DNA of 64,000 nucleotides from Bacillota bacterium (GTDB lineage: Bacteria > Bacillota > Clostridia > Tissierellales > Sedimentibacteraceae): contig JAFACY010000283.1 of the NCBI GenBank assembly GCA_023425285.1, forward strand, positions 337 through 64,336, in the 5' to 3' direction. Below, piece by piece: positions 1-9,739 of this stretch. The notes under the pieces were generated by a model. The model worked only from the letters and a program-made list of their open reading frames with translations. It ran no database searches and was not told the origin of the DNA. The translations under genes were made by a program, and so were the position numbers. The first letter of the stretch is position 1; each line of letters opens with the position of its first letter.

Positions 1-20
1 TTTTCAGAAGGGAGGAAATT

Positions 21-254
21 ATGTTAGTGCATTACAAGAAAAATAAAAAACCAGCTTGTTATGATTCGGATGCCCTCATAACAACAGGGAGGATACCGCC
101 AGACGAGCGCCCCCGCGGCCCGTTCAAAAGTTGCGGCAACTGCCCATATCCCTCACATGGATTTATCTGCTATAGCTCTAAGGGTGACTGCATGAAAACG
201 GATATGCAGAGGATTCACAATAAAAATAAGCAGAAAAAGGAGGAACGCACATGA
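21..254 (+). CDS. Small Cys-rich hypothetical protein (element backbone)
   Basis: GGAGG RBS; CGNCPY..C..C pattern; ATGA overlap with next gene. Confidence 0.65.
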   Translation: MLVHYKKNKKPACYDSDALITTGRIPPDERPRGPFKSCGNCPYPSHGFICYSSKGDCMKTDMQRIHNKNKQKKEERT

Positions 255-979
255 GAGATCAACAAGAATTGATGAAATTTATAAAAGAGCAATATCCGCC
301 CGGTACCCGCGTTCGGTTAGCAGAAATGCAAGACCCCTATGCGCCTGTGCCGTCGGGCACGGAGGGAACAATTAACTTTATTGACGATGCAGGCCAGTTC
401 CACATGAAATGGGATAACGGCCGATCCCTCGCTCTCATTCCAGGCGTAGATAAATTTTCGGTTATCCCGCAGCCACTCCAAACGCTAAAGCTGTATATGC
501 CTCTGGCTGTGATGCAGTATGAACGTGATGAATGGGGCTCTTTGGAGGAATACCCCTCGGAGCTTGACCAGGGCACGGTACTTTCCTATCATGATCAAAT
601 CCTTGCCGCCATCCTCAAGGAGCGGAGGCCGGAGGAAACGGAGCGTGGACTCATGGAATATTACCATGGGGATGACAGCGTAAGTCAGAAAGTGAAGTCC
701 CTCTTTTTCACAGTGGAACAGGTTGGGAACAAACTGATGGGTGTGGCTGAATGCCGAGTACAGGGAGATTTGAAGGATGCGGAACTGGAGCATCTCAAGG
801 ATTATGCTTCTGGTCAGGCATCAGATGGTTTCGGTGAGGGCTTTGAGCAGCATCCGATTAAAATAGGTGGCGATGAACTATACGTCAGCCTTTGGTCAGC
901 CTCAAGGGACTGGAGCATAATGACACAGGATGAATTAGAAGCTACGAGCCAGCGGATGGGAGGAATGCAGCTTGGATAA
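251..979 (+). CDS. DUF4314 domain-containing protein
   Basis: N-terminal YPPGTRVRLAEMQDPY...GTEGTINFIDDAGQFHMKWDNGRSLALIPGVDKF is the DUF4314 pattern of Firmicutes mobile elements. Confidence 0.8.
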   Translation: MRDQQELMKFIKEQYPPGTRVRLAEMQDPYAPVPSGTEGTINFIDDAGQFHMKWDNGRSLALIPGVDKFSVIPQPLQTLKLYMPLAVMQYERDEWGSLEEYPSELDQGTVLSYHDQILAAILKERRPEETERGLMEYYHGDDSVSQKVKSLFFTVEQVGNKLMGVAECRVQGDLKDAELEHLKDYASGQASDGFGEGFEQHPIKIGGDELYVSLWSASRDWSIMTQDELEATSQRMGGMQLG

Positions 980-1286
980 ACGATCAAAGAATAGGCTTCC
1001 CGAACAGTGCCTGTTCATGAATGCGAATGGCGAAATTATGAGCATTGAGTATGGAAAATCCGGGTTCAGGCGCTCCAAACTCAGCACGGAAAACCGGCAG
1101 GCAAATCGTGAAATTGTCAACAGCTACAACGAGAAACACGGCATTACCGCCGAACAAGTAAAGATAATGCGTAATGGAGCGTTATTCGGATGGGATGATC
1201 TTCACGCCCCCCGGCTCCAACAGAACCCCAGCGTGAAAGGCGGCTGTATTTTTGAAATGGAAATCAGCCACCCCGGTACCAGATAA
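972..1286 (+). pseudogene. Element backbone hypothetical protein, probably 3'-truncated at a deletion junction
   Basis: LPEQC..GE.MSIEYGKSGF..N.KHGIT..Q..M..GALFGWD resembles clostridial ICE proteins; the frame ends exactly where the convergent truncated hydrolase sequence begins. Confidence 0.5.
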
Positions 1287-1483
1287 CGCCGACCCCATTT
1301 TTTGTATGAGCCTATAAAGTCATCGGGCTGCCCGCCTTTCATCAGAGCGTCTGCTGCGGCGATGGTCATCACGGTATCATCCGTGAAAAAGCAGTCGTCA
1401 CGAAAGAGAGGAAAGTCCTTTGTTTTGATATTATTCCACTCATAGACCGAGCCTACGATGTCACCGATAATCGCTCCGAGCAT
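1283..1483 (-). pseudogene. ADP-ribosylglycohydrolase (DraG/ARH family), N-terminal fragment only
   Basis: MLGAIIGDIVGSVYE...FTDDTVMT...KKWGRRY is the family N-terminus with the TDD metal motif; similarity stops after ~67 aa and the frame runs into antisense backbone sequence (stop at 1202). Confidence 0.85.
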
Positions 1484-2136
1484 TATTTACGGCCTCCCCT
1501 CCGGCGAACGTCCTTGCGGATTTCTTCAAAGCAAGCACCGTCTACCGCACCCGCTTCGCGGAAGGTAGTTACAGCCGCACTCATTACTTTGAAGTTCAGC
1601 TCGGTTCCTTCGCTGTCGGCCAGATAATCGACCGCCCTGTCAGGAGCAATGCCAAACTGTGCGGCGGTCTGGACAGCATCAATATTCGCGCCGAGAAAAA
1701 TAAACTCCCAATGATACTCTGTTTTCTGATGTTCAATCTGAGCATTTACCTTGTCGGAAGAGTATTCGTGACTGGCATTTTCTTCGCCGTCTGTGATGAT
1801 AACGAACATCACCTTTTCAGCGCGATAATCATCGGCAGTGTGCTTCTGTGCATTGCCGATTTTTTTGATGGTTTTCCCGATGGCATCAAGTAGAGCGGTG
1901 GAACCACCGACAAAATACTCCTTCTCGGTAATCGGGCTGACTACCTTGATGTCAATGCGGTCGTGGAGCAGTTCGTAGTTGTTGTCGAACAGCACCGTTG
2001 TGATGTGGCACTCGCCTTTGACGGCCTGCTGCTTAGCCAGCATGGAATTGTAGCCGCCGATAGTGTCATTCTCCAAGCCGCTCATCGAACCGCTTTTGTC
2101 GAGAATAAAAACCAGTTCAGTAAGTCCTTTTTTCAT
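1483..2136 (-). CDS. von Willebrand factor A (vWA) domain protein
   Basis: MIDAS motifs ILDKSGSM, GSTALLDA and IITDGEEN; AGGAGG RBS. Confidence 0.9.
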   Translation of the reverse strand: MKKGLTELVFILDKSGSMSGLENDTIGGYNSMLAKQQAVKGECHITTVLFDNNYELLHDRIDIKVVSPITEKEYFVGGSTALLDAIGKTIKKIGNAQKHTADDYRAEKVMFVIITDGEENASHEYSSDKVNAQIEHQKTEYHWEFIFLGANIDAVQTAAQFGIAPDRAVDYLADSEGTELNFKVMSAAVTTFREAGAVDGACFEEIRKDVRRRGGRK

Positions 2137-2198
2137 TGTGGTAGTCCTCCTAAGATTTATTTGATGGTCTTAGGATACTACTTTGCGAAAAGGTGGAG

Positions 2199-2215
2199 GT
2201 CGCTTTGAAAGCGAC
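2199..2215. promoter_or_regulatory. Perfect 8-1-8 inverted repeat GTCGCTTT-G-AAAGCGAC, putative operator upstream of the vWA gene
   Basis: Palindrome seen directly; a -10-like TAGTAT (minus strand, 2175-2180) lies 18 bp downstream. Confidence 0.55.
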
Positions 2216-2264
2216 AAGTCAATTAACTCATAGGTGGGTCAGCAGCAAACCGCACAATGCAGAT

Positions 2265-3374
2265 TTATCCTTTCATAATACCATCAAGCAACGGCTTGAA
2301 AATCTTTATCAAAGCTGCAAGGTTATCTGCAAGCCAGTCAATAATCTCGTTCCAATGTTCCTCGTGGTTGAGTCCGTAATCATGATACTGAGCGCAGATT
2401 CTACACGCTCTTTTTCCGGGAAGGTCTTGCCAAATAAGCTCACCGGGGAAAGCGGCGGCAATTTCGCTCGCTTGAGATTTTAGTGCGTCATATATACTCA
2501 TATTCCGCATATCGTCGCCTGTGTCAATATACAGCTCCGCCCGCGCTCCATCCATTCTGATAACCGGGTTAAATACGACACCGCTATGACCGCTTGCTCC
2601 AGTAAGCCAGTTATCCTTTCCAGGAGAAACATTGTTGTAAATGCCTGTCTTAGAACGCAGTACAGGCAAAGCCGTTTCCCAAAATCTATACCGGGTTTTA
2701 TAGCGTGTAGCTTCCTCTTTCGAAGAAATTGTTTCCTCTTGTTTTTTTGCCGTCAAACGAATCTGATAATCACCGATGTCTTGCATGGGTATAATCTGTT
2801 CAGGGTCAAGGTATAACTTTTCGTCATCCTTATACGGCGTCACTTTAATACAAGTAATATCAACACCGTGATAGTTGCGCAGCCAAAGAACGGTGGAGGT
2901 CACTTCCTTGCGGAAGTTCGCGGCAACGAGAATAATACGCTGATCCCCCTCCACGGGATTCAAGCGAATGCTCTCATAGTCCTGCCCATCATAAAATTCA
3001 GAGATTTTGTCCTGCGCAACGGCCGATGTGCCAAGGTATTTCTGATAAACCTCGCAAATCTCACTTTTGGTCAGTGTTGCACAGTAGGAAACATATTTTA
3101 AGGCTTGCCAAACAACGTCTTTGCCTGAATCGTCAAGCTTATTTTCAATGATGACAAGCTTGCCGCTTTCATCAAGGGCGAGGAGATCAAGACGTTCATT
3201 CGTGTCGGAGAAGCCGTCAAACTCTTTTTGGATGATCAAGAGATTCTCTCCAAGGATCAATGGATTATCCGCAATCCATTCCTGCAAATCATAACGCTCG
3301 GACAATTTGAGCTCCGAGAATGATTTCTTTTCAAGGGAAACCGCCTTTTTATTTTGTGTGTCAATTAAAAACAT
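2265..3374 (-). CDS. PD-(D/E)XK (NucS-like) endonuclease fused to a DUF4268 domain
   Basis: ERYDLQEWI...RLDLLALDESGKLVIIENK...QALKY nuclease motif; C-terminal RFWE...DNWL...RAELYID...WQDLPGKRACRI DUF4268-like pattern; start moved to ATG 3374 (GGAGG RBS). Confidence 0.8.
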   Translation of the reverse strand: MFLIDTQNKKAVSLEKKSFSELKLSERYDLQEWIADNPLILGENLLIIQKEFDGFSDTNERLDLLALDESGKLVIIENKLDDSGKDVVWQALKYVSYCATLTKSEICEVYQKYLGTSAVAQDKISEFYDGQDYESIRLNPVEGDQRIILVAANFRKEVTSTVLWLRNYHGVDITCIKVTPYKDDEKLYLDPEQIIPMQDIGDYQIRLTAKKQEETISSKEEATRYKTRYRFWETALPVLRSKTGIYNNVSPGKDNWLTGASGHSGVVFNPVIRMDGARAELYIDTGDDMRNMSIYDALKSQASEIAAAFPGELIWQDLPGKRACRICAQYHDYGLNHEEHWNEIIDWLADNLAALIKIFKPLLDGIMKG

Positions 3375-3475
3375 ATCTATCCTCCCAGTCATGATTATTC
3401 GTAATGGAACAGTACCTTGTCAATCTCGCAACGGCTATTATGGTTGATATCGTTATCAGAATATAGCCCATGATT

Positions 3476-4474
3476 TTATCCTCCACGCACCGGCTGATCA
3501 TAATGGAACAGCACTTCGTTGATTTCAAAGATATCGTATCTGCCGCCCACAATGAAATATTCAACGATCACATCGAACTTTTGGCTGTGGGAAAGTGCAT
3601 ATCCCGCCCGATTCAGAAAATCTTCTGTTTCACTAAGCGCCAGCTCCAAGGCGATTACAAGTGCAATTACGGTTCGTTTACTCGGCATATATGCCTTACC
3701 GCTCCTGATTTTTGAGAACAGGCGGCGGTCAATATTGACGCGCTTGTATACCTCGACATCGGTTTTGCCCTTGGCATCAATCAACCGCAGGAGCGTTTGC
3801 GAAAATGGTTCATCGAGATTTTCGATCACCTCATCCAATCCCTTCGCTGCAGCAGCAATGGGCATAGACATGGCTTCTTCTGCAAAAATTGCGGAACGCT
3901 CTACATCCAGTAGACTAATTCCGCGACGGCGATCTATATGTTCATTGACATAATGCTCATCGATGTAGCTTTCCACACCGCCCAGCAATTGTTCACTGAT
4001 CGTAAATGCGTCTTTATCAAACACGGCAAGATATACATCCATGTCATGTTCGGCAAGATAGTCTTGTATGGCCTGCGTTGCCACTTGCAAGGCATTCGTT
4101 TTCGGGTAGCCGAATATGCCGCTGGAAATCAGCGGGAAAGCAATGGATTCACAATCATTCTCCGCTGCCATGGTCAGCGAGTTTATGTAGCAAGCTCGGA
4201 GCAGATCCGCTTCGCCATGCTTACCATCTCGGTAGACCGGGCCAGCTGTATGGACAATATGCTTGGCTGAGAGAGCAAATCCGGGCGTAATTACGGCTTC
4301 GCCAGTCTGAATTGGCGAGAGCTCATTGCAAGCAGCTTGCAGCTCTTTTACCCCAGCGGCCTTGAAAATTGCACCACAAACCCCGCCGCCCATTTGAAGC
4401 TCCGTGTTAGCGGCGTTGACGATGGCGTCGCTCTGCATTTTGGTTATATCGTTTCAAATAATGGTAAATGGCAT
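3476..4474 (-). pseudogene. Macro (Appr-1-p) domain plus C-terminal XRE-like HTH protein with a TGA at codon 7 (possible restart at ATG 4438)
   Basis: DAIVNAAN..GGGVCGAIF..HTAGP..FPLISSGIFGYP macro motifs; C-terminal DVEVYKRVNIDRRLFSKIR HTH-like; RBS GAGGA and ATG 4474 read MPFTII*NDITKM. Confidence 0.8.
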
Positions 4475-4484
4475 ATAGTATTCC

Positions 4485-4946
4485 TCACTTGTACCGCTGT
4501 GCTAAAAACCCTTCATACTTCGGCTCGTATTTATAATGGAGTGCCGCTTCAATAAGTTCTAATGTAAAAATCCCCAAATCCGCATCCAGCAATATGTCAA
4601 TTCTTCTACAATTTTGTTTTATCCAGTCACCTACATTGAATTGTGTAATATTAAGGTTTTGCATTTCTTTATCCTCTAATATGGAAGCCGCCAACGTGCT
4701 TTTTGCAGAATTGGGAGCATAATGTTGGCTTAAAAATCTTGCATTGCTCTTGGAACCAGCTTTCCCGATTTTTAAGGCAACGTCGTTATACCAAAAGGTA
4801 TAAACGCCCATCTTATTGTGCGGTAACGCACCGGGCTGATGCGGTAAACCTCTATCAATTATTTCATACTTCGTTTTATCAACGGGCTTGCCCAACAGCT
4901 TGGTTGTTTCCAGTATTATTTGGCTAAATTCCATTTTCAGGCTCAT
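4485..4946 (-). CDS. GIY-YIG-like nuclease domain protein
   Basis: GVYTFW...LKIGKA...ARF..QHY...ELIEAAL...PKY fits the GIY-YIG motif order; AT-rich. Confidence 0.55.
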   Translation of the reverse strand: MSLKMEFSQIILETTKLLGKPVDKTKYEIIDRGLPHQPGALPHNKMGVYTFWYNDVALKIGKAGSKSNARFLSQHYAPNSAKSTLAASILEDKEMQNLNITQFNVGDWIKQNCRRIDILLDADLGIFTLELIEAALHYKYEPKYEGFLAQRYK

Positions 4947-5098
4947 CTTTTAACCTCAAGTTTTTCACTTATTTAGCGTTGTATCCCATTCCTGTATAGG
5001 AGTTGTCCGCTTGCAGTTCCAGCAACATCGGCGTGAAGTTTTTTGGGCGCATTTACTCTCGTTTCCTACGGATAATTCATCCCAATGTAATCATTCCA

Positions 5099-7174
5099 CT
5101 ATTCCAACCCAAGAGCTTTGAAAACAGCATCCTCGGGGCTTGTATAGAACGAGGTTTGGAACTTTGCAAACAATTCTGACGGTACAGTTCCTATGTCGAC
5201 GGCGGAGGACATGGGCAAAAGCAACTTTTTTGCTCCTGCATCAAGGCAGACCTGCATAGTGCTTGCAAGTTCCTCGACCTTGCTGATGGTGCCGCCTATG
5301 CTCATATTTCCTAATACGCACATCTGTGATTGAATAGGTTTTCGAAGGGATGCACTGCAGAGAGCCACAAAAGCGCATAACGCCAATTCTGACGTCGTGC
5401 CGATCCCCTGACAATCGGCGACGTGCATGAGAAAGTTGCTATCGTCAATATTGATTGAACCGCTAATCATCTTCTTATTAGCCTTGAAGTAATTTTGCGC
5501 TGTTTTGAGATTTTCTTTTGCTTCACGGTCATAACCAATGCCAGTCACTTCAAATTTACCATTACCACCGACAAGCTCAGTTTCAAGTTTGTAAACGCCA
5601 AGCATCCCTGTATCGCCGCGGGCAACGGTATATACATGACCAGGCTTTCCTTGTCCTTCTGGAATCAACTTGCCCGAACCTTGCTCCGGCACGGATACAA
5701 AGTGCTCGTCAAAACTATCATTGTCCAAATATGAAAAGTGGACATCGTAAAACTCCATACCGCCGATTTTTTTGAGCTGCTCTTTGACGCGACGGCGTCC
5801 CTCAAGTGCATACTGCAATACCTCGGCAACATCGTCACGGCCAAACTCTCCATGAGGATACAGGAGTTTCAACAACCCCGATACACTTTTACGAACAGCG
5901 ATAACATCACGTTGATTTAAGTCTTTACCGAAACGAAAGAATTGCTCGATCGCATCGCCGAAAGAGCGCTTTCTCATTTCCCGCAGGAACTCGGCGAGAT
6001 AATCAGTGATAAATCCGTATTCATTCGTAAAATACTCAGGACGCATTTTCGGTATTTCCCAACCAGGAAGATAGCAGTGCATGCGGTCGAAGAAGGCACT
6101 GTCATAAGCCATTGCCGCTGGAAAGGGTTCGAATAGGTGCGTTGTTTTCATCAGAACATCAACGCTTTGGTTTATGTTTCCGACGAACACCATAGAAGCG
6201 TTCGCGTTCTTTTCCTCCTTGCCACGAGCGAACGAGCCTGACGCCATGAAGTCCTTCATAATTTGTATGCCGTCTTTATCCTTGAATGTAATTCCGGCAA
6301 CCTCATCAAAAGCCACACAATCCCACATACCAACAAGCCCGATGGTTTTATTTCCCATGTTGTAAAATAGGTTAGCAACAGTGGTTTGCCCACCCGAAAT
6401 AAGAATTGAGTTCGGAGAAATCTCCTTGTAGATATGGGATTTTCCTGTACCGCGCGGACCAAGCTCACATAAGTTATAGTTGTTCTCAACGAGTGGCACA
6501 ATACGCTCAAGGAGATGCCACTTCGCACGGGTTTCAAATTGTGTAGGTTCCATGCCAACGCTTCGGAGCAGCACATCCATCCACTCATCTTTGGTAAATT
6601 GCCGCCTGCCCTCAAAGAACTCCTGCATATCCATGTGAGGCAGCTGAATGGGGGTCAGTTCCTCTATTTCAAATGGGCTGACACGATTTTTCTTGCTGCC
6701 TTTTGGAGCATCATTGTCAAACTCATCGTATCTGTCTTCAAGCCTGTTATAGTTCATTCGGATAATGCACCAAATGCCACCCGACAACAGCTTTTCAAAC
6801 TGCTTGATATAGGAATCGGAAACAATAACATTCCTTAAGTTTAAGTTGGAAAATACAGCGCGATATGTATCGCTGTCTGGGTCAAGCTTGGCCTCCACCT
6901 TGTCAATAACCGTGTAGCTGCCCATTTCTCGGATTTTGGATTTAATCTTTTCAGCCTCATCGGGGCGGACGAAATTATCTGCCAAAATGTTCTTAACACG
7001 GCTCACACCCGCCTCAATGCTTTCCTCATCATCGGTAACACAATACATTCCAAGCAGGTACTCAAGCACATAGATAGGCACGTTTGCGCCTTCTTTAATT
7101 TTTTTAGTTAAATCTTTTCGGACAATTTTGCCTGAAAAGGCTTCTTTTAGCAAGCTATTTAAGTTTTCAGCCAC
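5099..7174 (-). CDS. brxL: BREX Lon-like protease/AAA+ protein BrxL
   Basis: VPIYVLEYLLGMYC, ELGPRGTGKSH Walker A, VAFDEV Walker B, C-terminal Lon domain; GTG start at 7174 with RBS. Confidence 0.95.
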   Translation of the reverse strand: MAENLNSLLKEAFSGKIVRKDLTKKIKEGANVPIYVLEYLLGMYCVTDDEESIEAGVSRVKNILADNFVRPDEAEKIKSKIREMGSYTVIDKVEAKLDPDSDTYRAVFSNLNLRNVIVSDSYIKQFEKLLSGGIWCIIRMNYNRLEDRYDEFDNDAPKGSKKNRVSPFEIEELTPIQLPHMDMQEFFEGRRQFTKDEWMDVLLRSVGMEPTQFETRAKWHLLERIVPLVENNYNLCELGPRGTGKSHIYKEISPNSILISGGQTTVANLFYNMGNKTIGLVGMWDCVAFDEVAGITFKDKDGIQIMKDFMASGSFARGKEEKNANASMVFVGNINQSVDVLMKTTHLFEPFPAAMAYDSAFFDRMHCYLPGWEIPKMRPEYFTNEYGFITDYLAEFLREMRKRSFGDAIEQFFRFGKDLNQRDVIAVRKSVSGLLKLLYPHGEFGRDDVAEVLQYALEGRRRVKEQLKKIGGMEFYDVHFSYLDNDSFDEHFVSVPEQGSGKLIPEGQGKPGHVYTVARGDTGMLGVYKLETELVGGNGKFEVTGIGYDREAKENLKTAQNYFKANKKMISGSINIDDSNFLMHVADCQGIGTTSELALCAFVALCSASLRKPIQSQMCVLGNMSIGGTISKVEELASTMQVCLDAGAKKLLLPMSSAVDIGTVPSELFAKFQTSFYTSPEDAVFKALGLE

Positions 7175-7191
7175 AATTAAATACCTACCTT

Positions 7192-9738
7192 TCAAAAATG
7201 TATACTGCCGCCAAAGATAAGATCAATAACAAACGGAATCCGCTCCAGCTCGGAGTTCACAAGCTCATCCTCATCTTTGAGTATGAGGTAGTAAGAGGCC
7301 CCCTTGTCATAAGCCATGTCTTTAAGCGTAAACTTTTCTTTATATGTCCGCTCCTCCGGCTTACCGCTGGTGCTTTCTGCAATGATGATATTTTCATTTG
7401 AAATACGATTCCCGGCTTGGTCGGCGAAGTATGCTGTAATACGGAGCGGTAAATGCTTTTCATCAACCGGCTCGTTCTGGAAGAAAGTAAGATGTGTAAT
7501 CACACTCGTAATTTTTCGTGAGAGGTCGGTCAAGCGCAAAGACACTTTTTTTGCACTCATGGAGCGGCTAAGGTTTTTATCGCTCTTAAAGCGGATAACC
7601 GGAATAACAACCTCCTGTAAAGCGGCGCCACCGTGAACATAGCGGCTTCCTGCGCCCTGCACCTTAAAGCAGTTAGTGGCACGCGGCAGTATGGCATACA
7701 TTCCATTGCTGTTTTTTGTAAGATAGTCCATCGAGAAGTTTTGAGTGCCTTGCTTCTCTATGTTTTCCTGTGCCAAGATAAAGCGGCGCTTTGACTTGAT
7801 GCCCACCATATTTTCTTTTGGGGTCTTATCCCGCTCGGCGAGTGGAGTCTGGCGATAGATATACCCATGATCGGCGGTTATGACAATATTGATTGCACTG
7901 ATATCGTTGCGGAGCTTGCGCACAAGCCCCGACAATTCCTTGAAAGCTTTATCAGTCGCCTCAAAAACTTCGTTTTCAGTTGGCGCATTATCTCCGCGAG
8001 CATCAATGGTGTTGTGATAAATGTAAATCAGTTTCATGCCCGATAGAGCCTCACTGAGCTGCGGTTTTTTAAGAGCCATTACATCATCATATTGAATAGC
8101 AATGGCCTCTTGTTTTGCTAAGCGGAGGATTTTGGTTCGGTTTTCCGTTCCTTCCGTTGATATTCCCTGTATCACGAAGTCGGCTTTATCAGTAATCTCA
8201 AGCTGCTTATGGGGCAGCAGTGAAGCCATTCCCAGTGCTGTATAGGAGGGAATAACCCCCAGCATCACATCAAGCTCACTTGCACCTTTTTGTTCACGGT
8301 TAAGAATGCTGTTTAGTTCAACAGCAGATTCATAACGCAGGGCATCGGAGATGATAACAACTAACCGCTCGTTGTCGTTTACAAAGCGGCGAGCATACTT
8401 GTCATAGAATCCTTGCTGTGAGGTAATTCCAGGTAGCTGCCAGGTACTTTCGTCATCCCAGAGCGCACACCATTTCATGGACAGATCGTTCAGATACCAG
8501 TTTGTGTAGCTGTTCTCAATCATGTCAAAAAGAGGGTTGTAGTCACTATTATCATCGAGCCTGTCATAAGAAAAGAGGAAGTGGCGGTAGCTGGTGTCCA
8601 ATTTATAATAGCTTTTTACATAGTTATCAAAGAGCGACAGCGTATTCGTACCATTCAAGTCCTTGTAAGTCAGTGCCAATTCAAGATATTCACAGGCATA
8701 GAGCAGCACATCGTACTCTTTTTCAAACTGAGGATAATAGCGGCGATTTTTTCTGCTGTTGATTATTTTGCGGTAATGCCCATATTCCCCCGCATTTTGC
8801 GTGATGTTCGCAGTGATACGATTGATAATGCTGGCGTCAAATTCCTCGAAGGTGTCACAGTCAGCAATTTGGTCAATCGTCCATTTTGCTGTACGCTCTG
8901 ACAATCCCAGCTTATTCGCAACAAAATTGGAGAGGTTATTATAATCCTCGACAAACTCACTGTTTTTCATAAAATTGTCTACAAAAACGTAGCAGTTAGG
9001 GTTGTCCGAAACGTAAACATCCCATTCTTTCGGCATATTCCCGTTGATGCTGTGGGAGAAATGACTGCACAGCAGCAGGATGGCCAATCTTTCGAGGCTC
9101 TGCTCTGTGAATTTATATCCATAGAACTTATTGATCAATGTCCAAAATGCGTCAAGGTTGCCAAACTTGACAATACTGTCATAAATCGTACTTTCACCGT
9201 TTGCCATTTCGGTGAGCAAGGTGCGTACCACATGATCAAGGTTTGGAGCAGGCAGTTTACAGAGTGCAGACAATACGCCGAGATCAATTTTTGGCTCCGA
9301 AGAGGGTGCAAGGCTGTAGCTCTCAAACCTCTTACTCCGCTCGTTGCTACGGAAGAACAGCTTGTACTTGGCAACCACACTTCGGAGGGCATTGTCAATC
9401 TTGTAGTTAAGCAGTATGAGCGAGGTTTCATCCGTAGAGAACGTCTGGCTGTATTTAATGGTATCCGTCAGCCAATTCTCCCTATTAGCAGGGCGTGGCA
9501 AAGGGGAATAGACCAACAGATTGCTCTCTCGGTCGGTTTCCTCAATATGCAGCTTCACGGCAAACATATTGTTATCGTAAAGCTTAATAATCTTCACATT
9601 ATCGAGCGACAGCGTATCAATGGAATCGGCGAAAACACCCTCCTCATCGTACCAAAATACGATGTTACGTTTACTGCCCTGCATGAGCTCACGAGCAAAC
9701 TGTCGCTCTAATGATTTTTTAACTTCGGTAAGATTCAT
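7192..9738 (-). CDS. pglZ: BREX-1 phosphatase/nuclease PglZ
   Basis: IVFWYDEE, IISDALRYE, PSYTALGMASLLP, TADHG and YVHGG motifs; start moved to ATG 9738 (GGAGG RBS). Confidence 0.95.
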   Translation of the reverse strand: MNLTEVKKSLERQFARELMQGSKRNIVFWYDEEGVFADSIDTLSLDNVKIIKLYDNNMFAVKLHIEETDRESNLLVYSPLPRPANRENWLTDTIKYSQTFSTDETSLILLNYKIDNALRSVVAKYKLFFRSNERSKRFESYSLAPSSEPKIDLGVLSALCKLPAPNLDHVVRTLLTEMANGESTIYDSIVKFGNLDAFWTLINKFYGYKFTEQSLERLAILLLCSHFSHSINGNMPKEWDVYVSDNPNCYVFVDNFMKNSEFVEDYNNLSNFVANKLGLSERTAKWTIDQIADCDTFEEFDASIINRITANITQNAGEYGHYRKIINSRKNRRYYPQFEKEYDVLLYACEYLELALTYKDLNGTNTLSLFDNYVKSYYKLDTSYRHFLFSYDRLDDNSDYNPLFDMIENSYTNWYLNDLSMKWCALWDDESTWQLPGITSQQGFYDKYARRFVNDNERLVVIISDALRYESAVELNSILNREQKGASELDVMLGVIPSYTALGMASLLPHKQLEITDKADFVIQGISTEGTENRTKILRLAKQEAIAIQYDDVMALKKPQLSEALSGMKLIYIYHNTIDARGDNAPTENEVFEATDKAFKELSGLVRKLRNDISAINIVITADHGYIYRQTPLAERDKTPKENMVGIKSKRRFILAQENIEKQGTQNFSMDYLTKNSNGMYAILPRATNCFKVQGAGSRYVHGGAALQEVVIPVIRFKSDKNLSRSMSAKKVSLRLTDLSRKITSVITHLTFFQNEPVDEKHLPLRITAYFADQAGNRISNENIIIAESTSGKPEERTYKEKFTLKDMAYDKGASYYLILKDEDELVNSELERIPFVIDLIFGGSIHF

Positions 9739-9739
9739 A

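Noticed and set aside
4947..5098. Short minus-strand ORF (MRPKNFTPMLLELQADNSYTGMGYNAK) between brxL and the GIY-YIG-like gene
   Set aside because: 27 aa with a weak RBS; may be a gene remnant but cannot be supported
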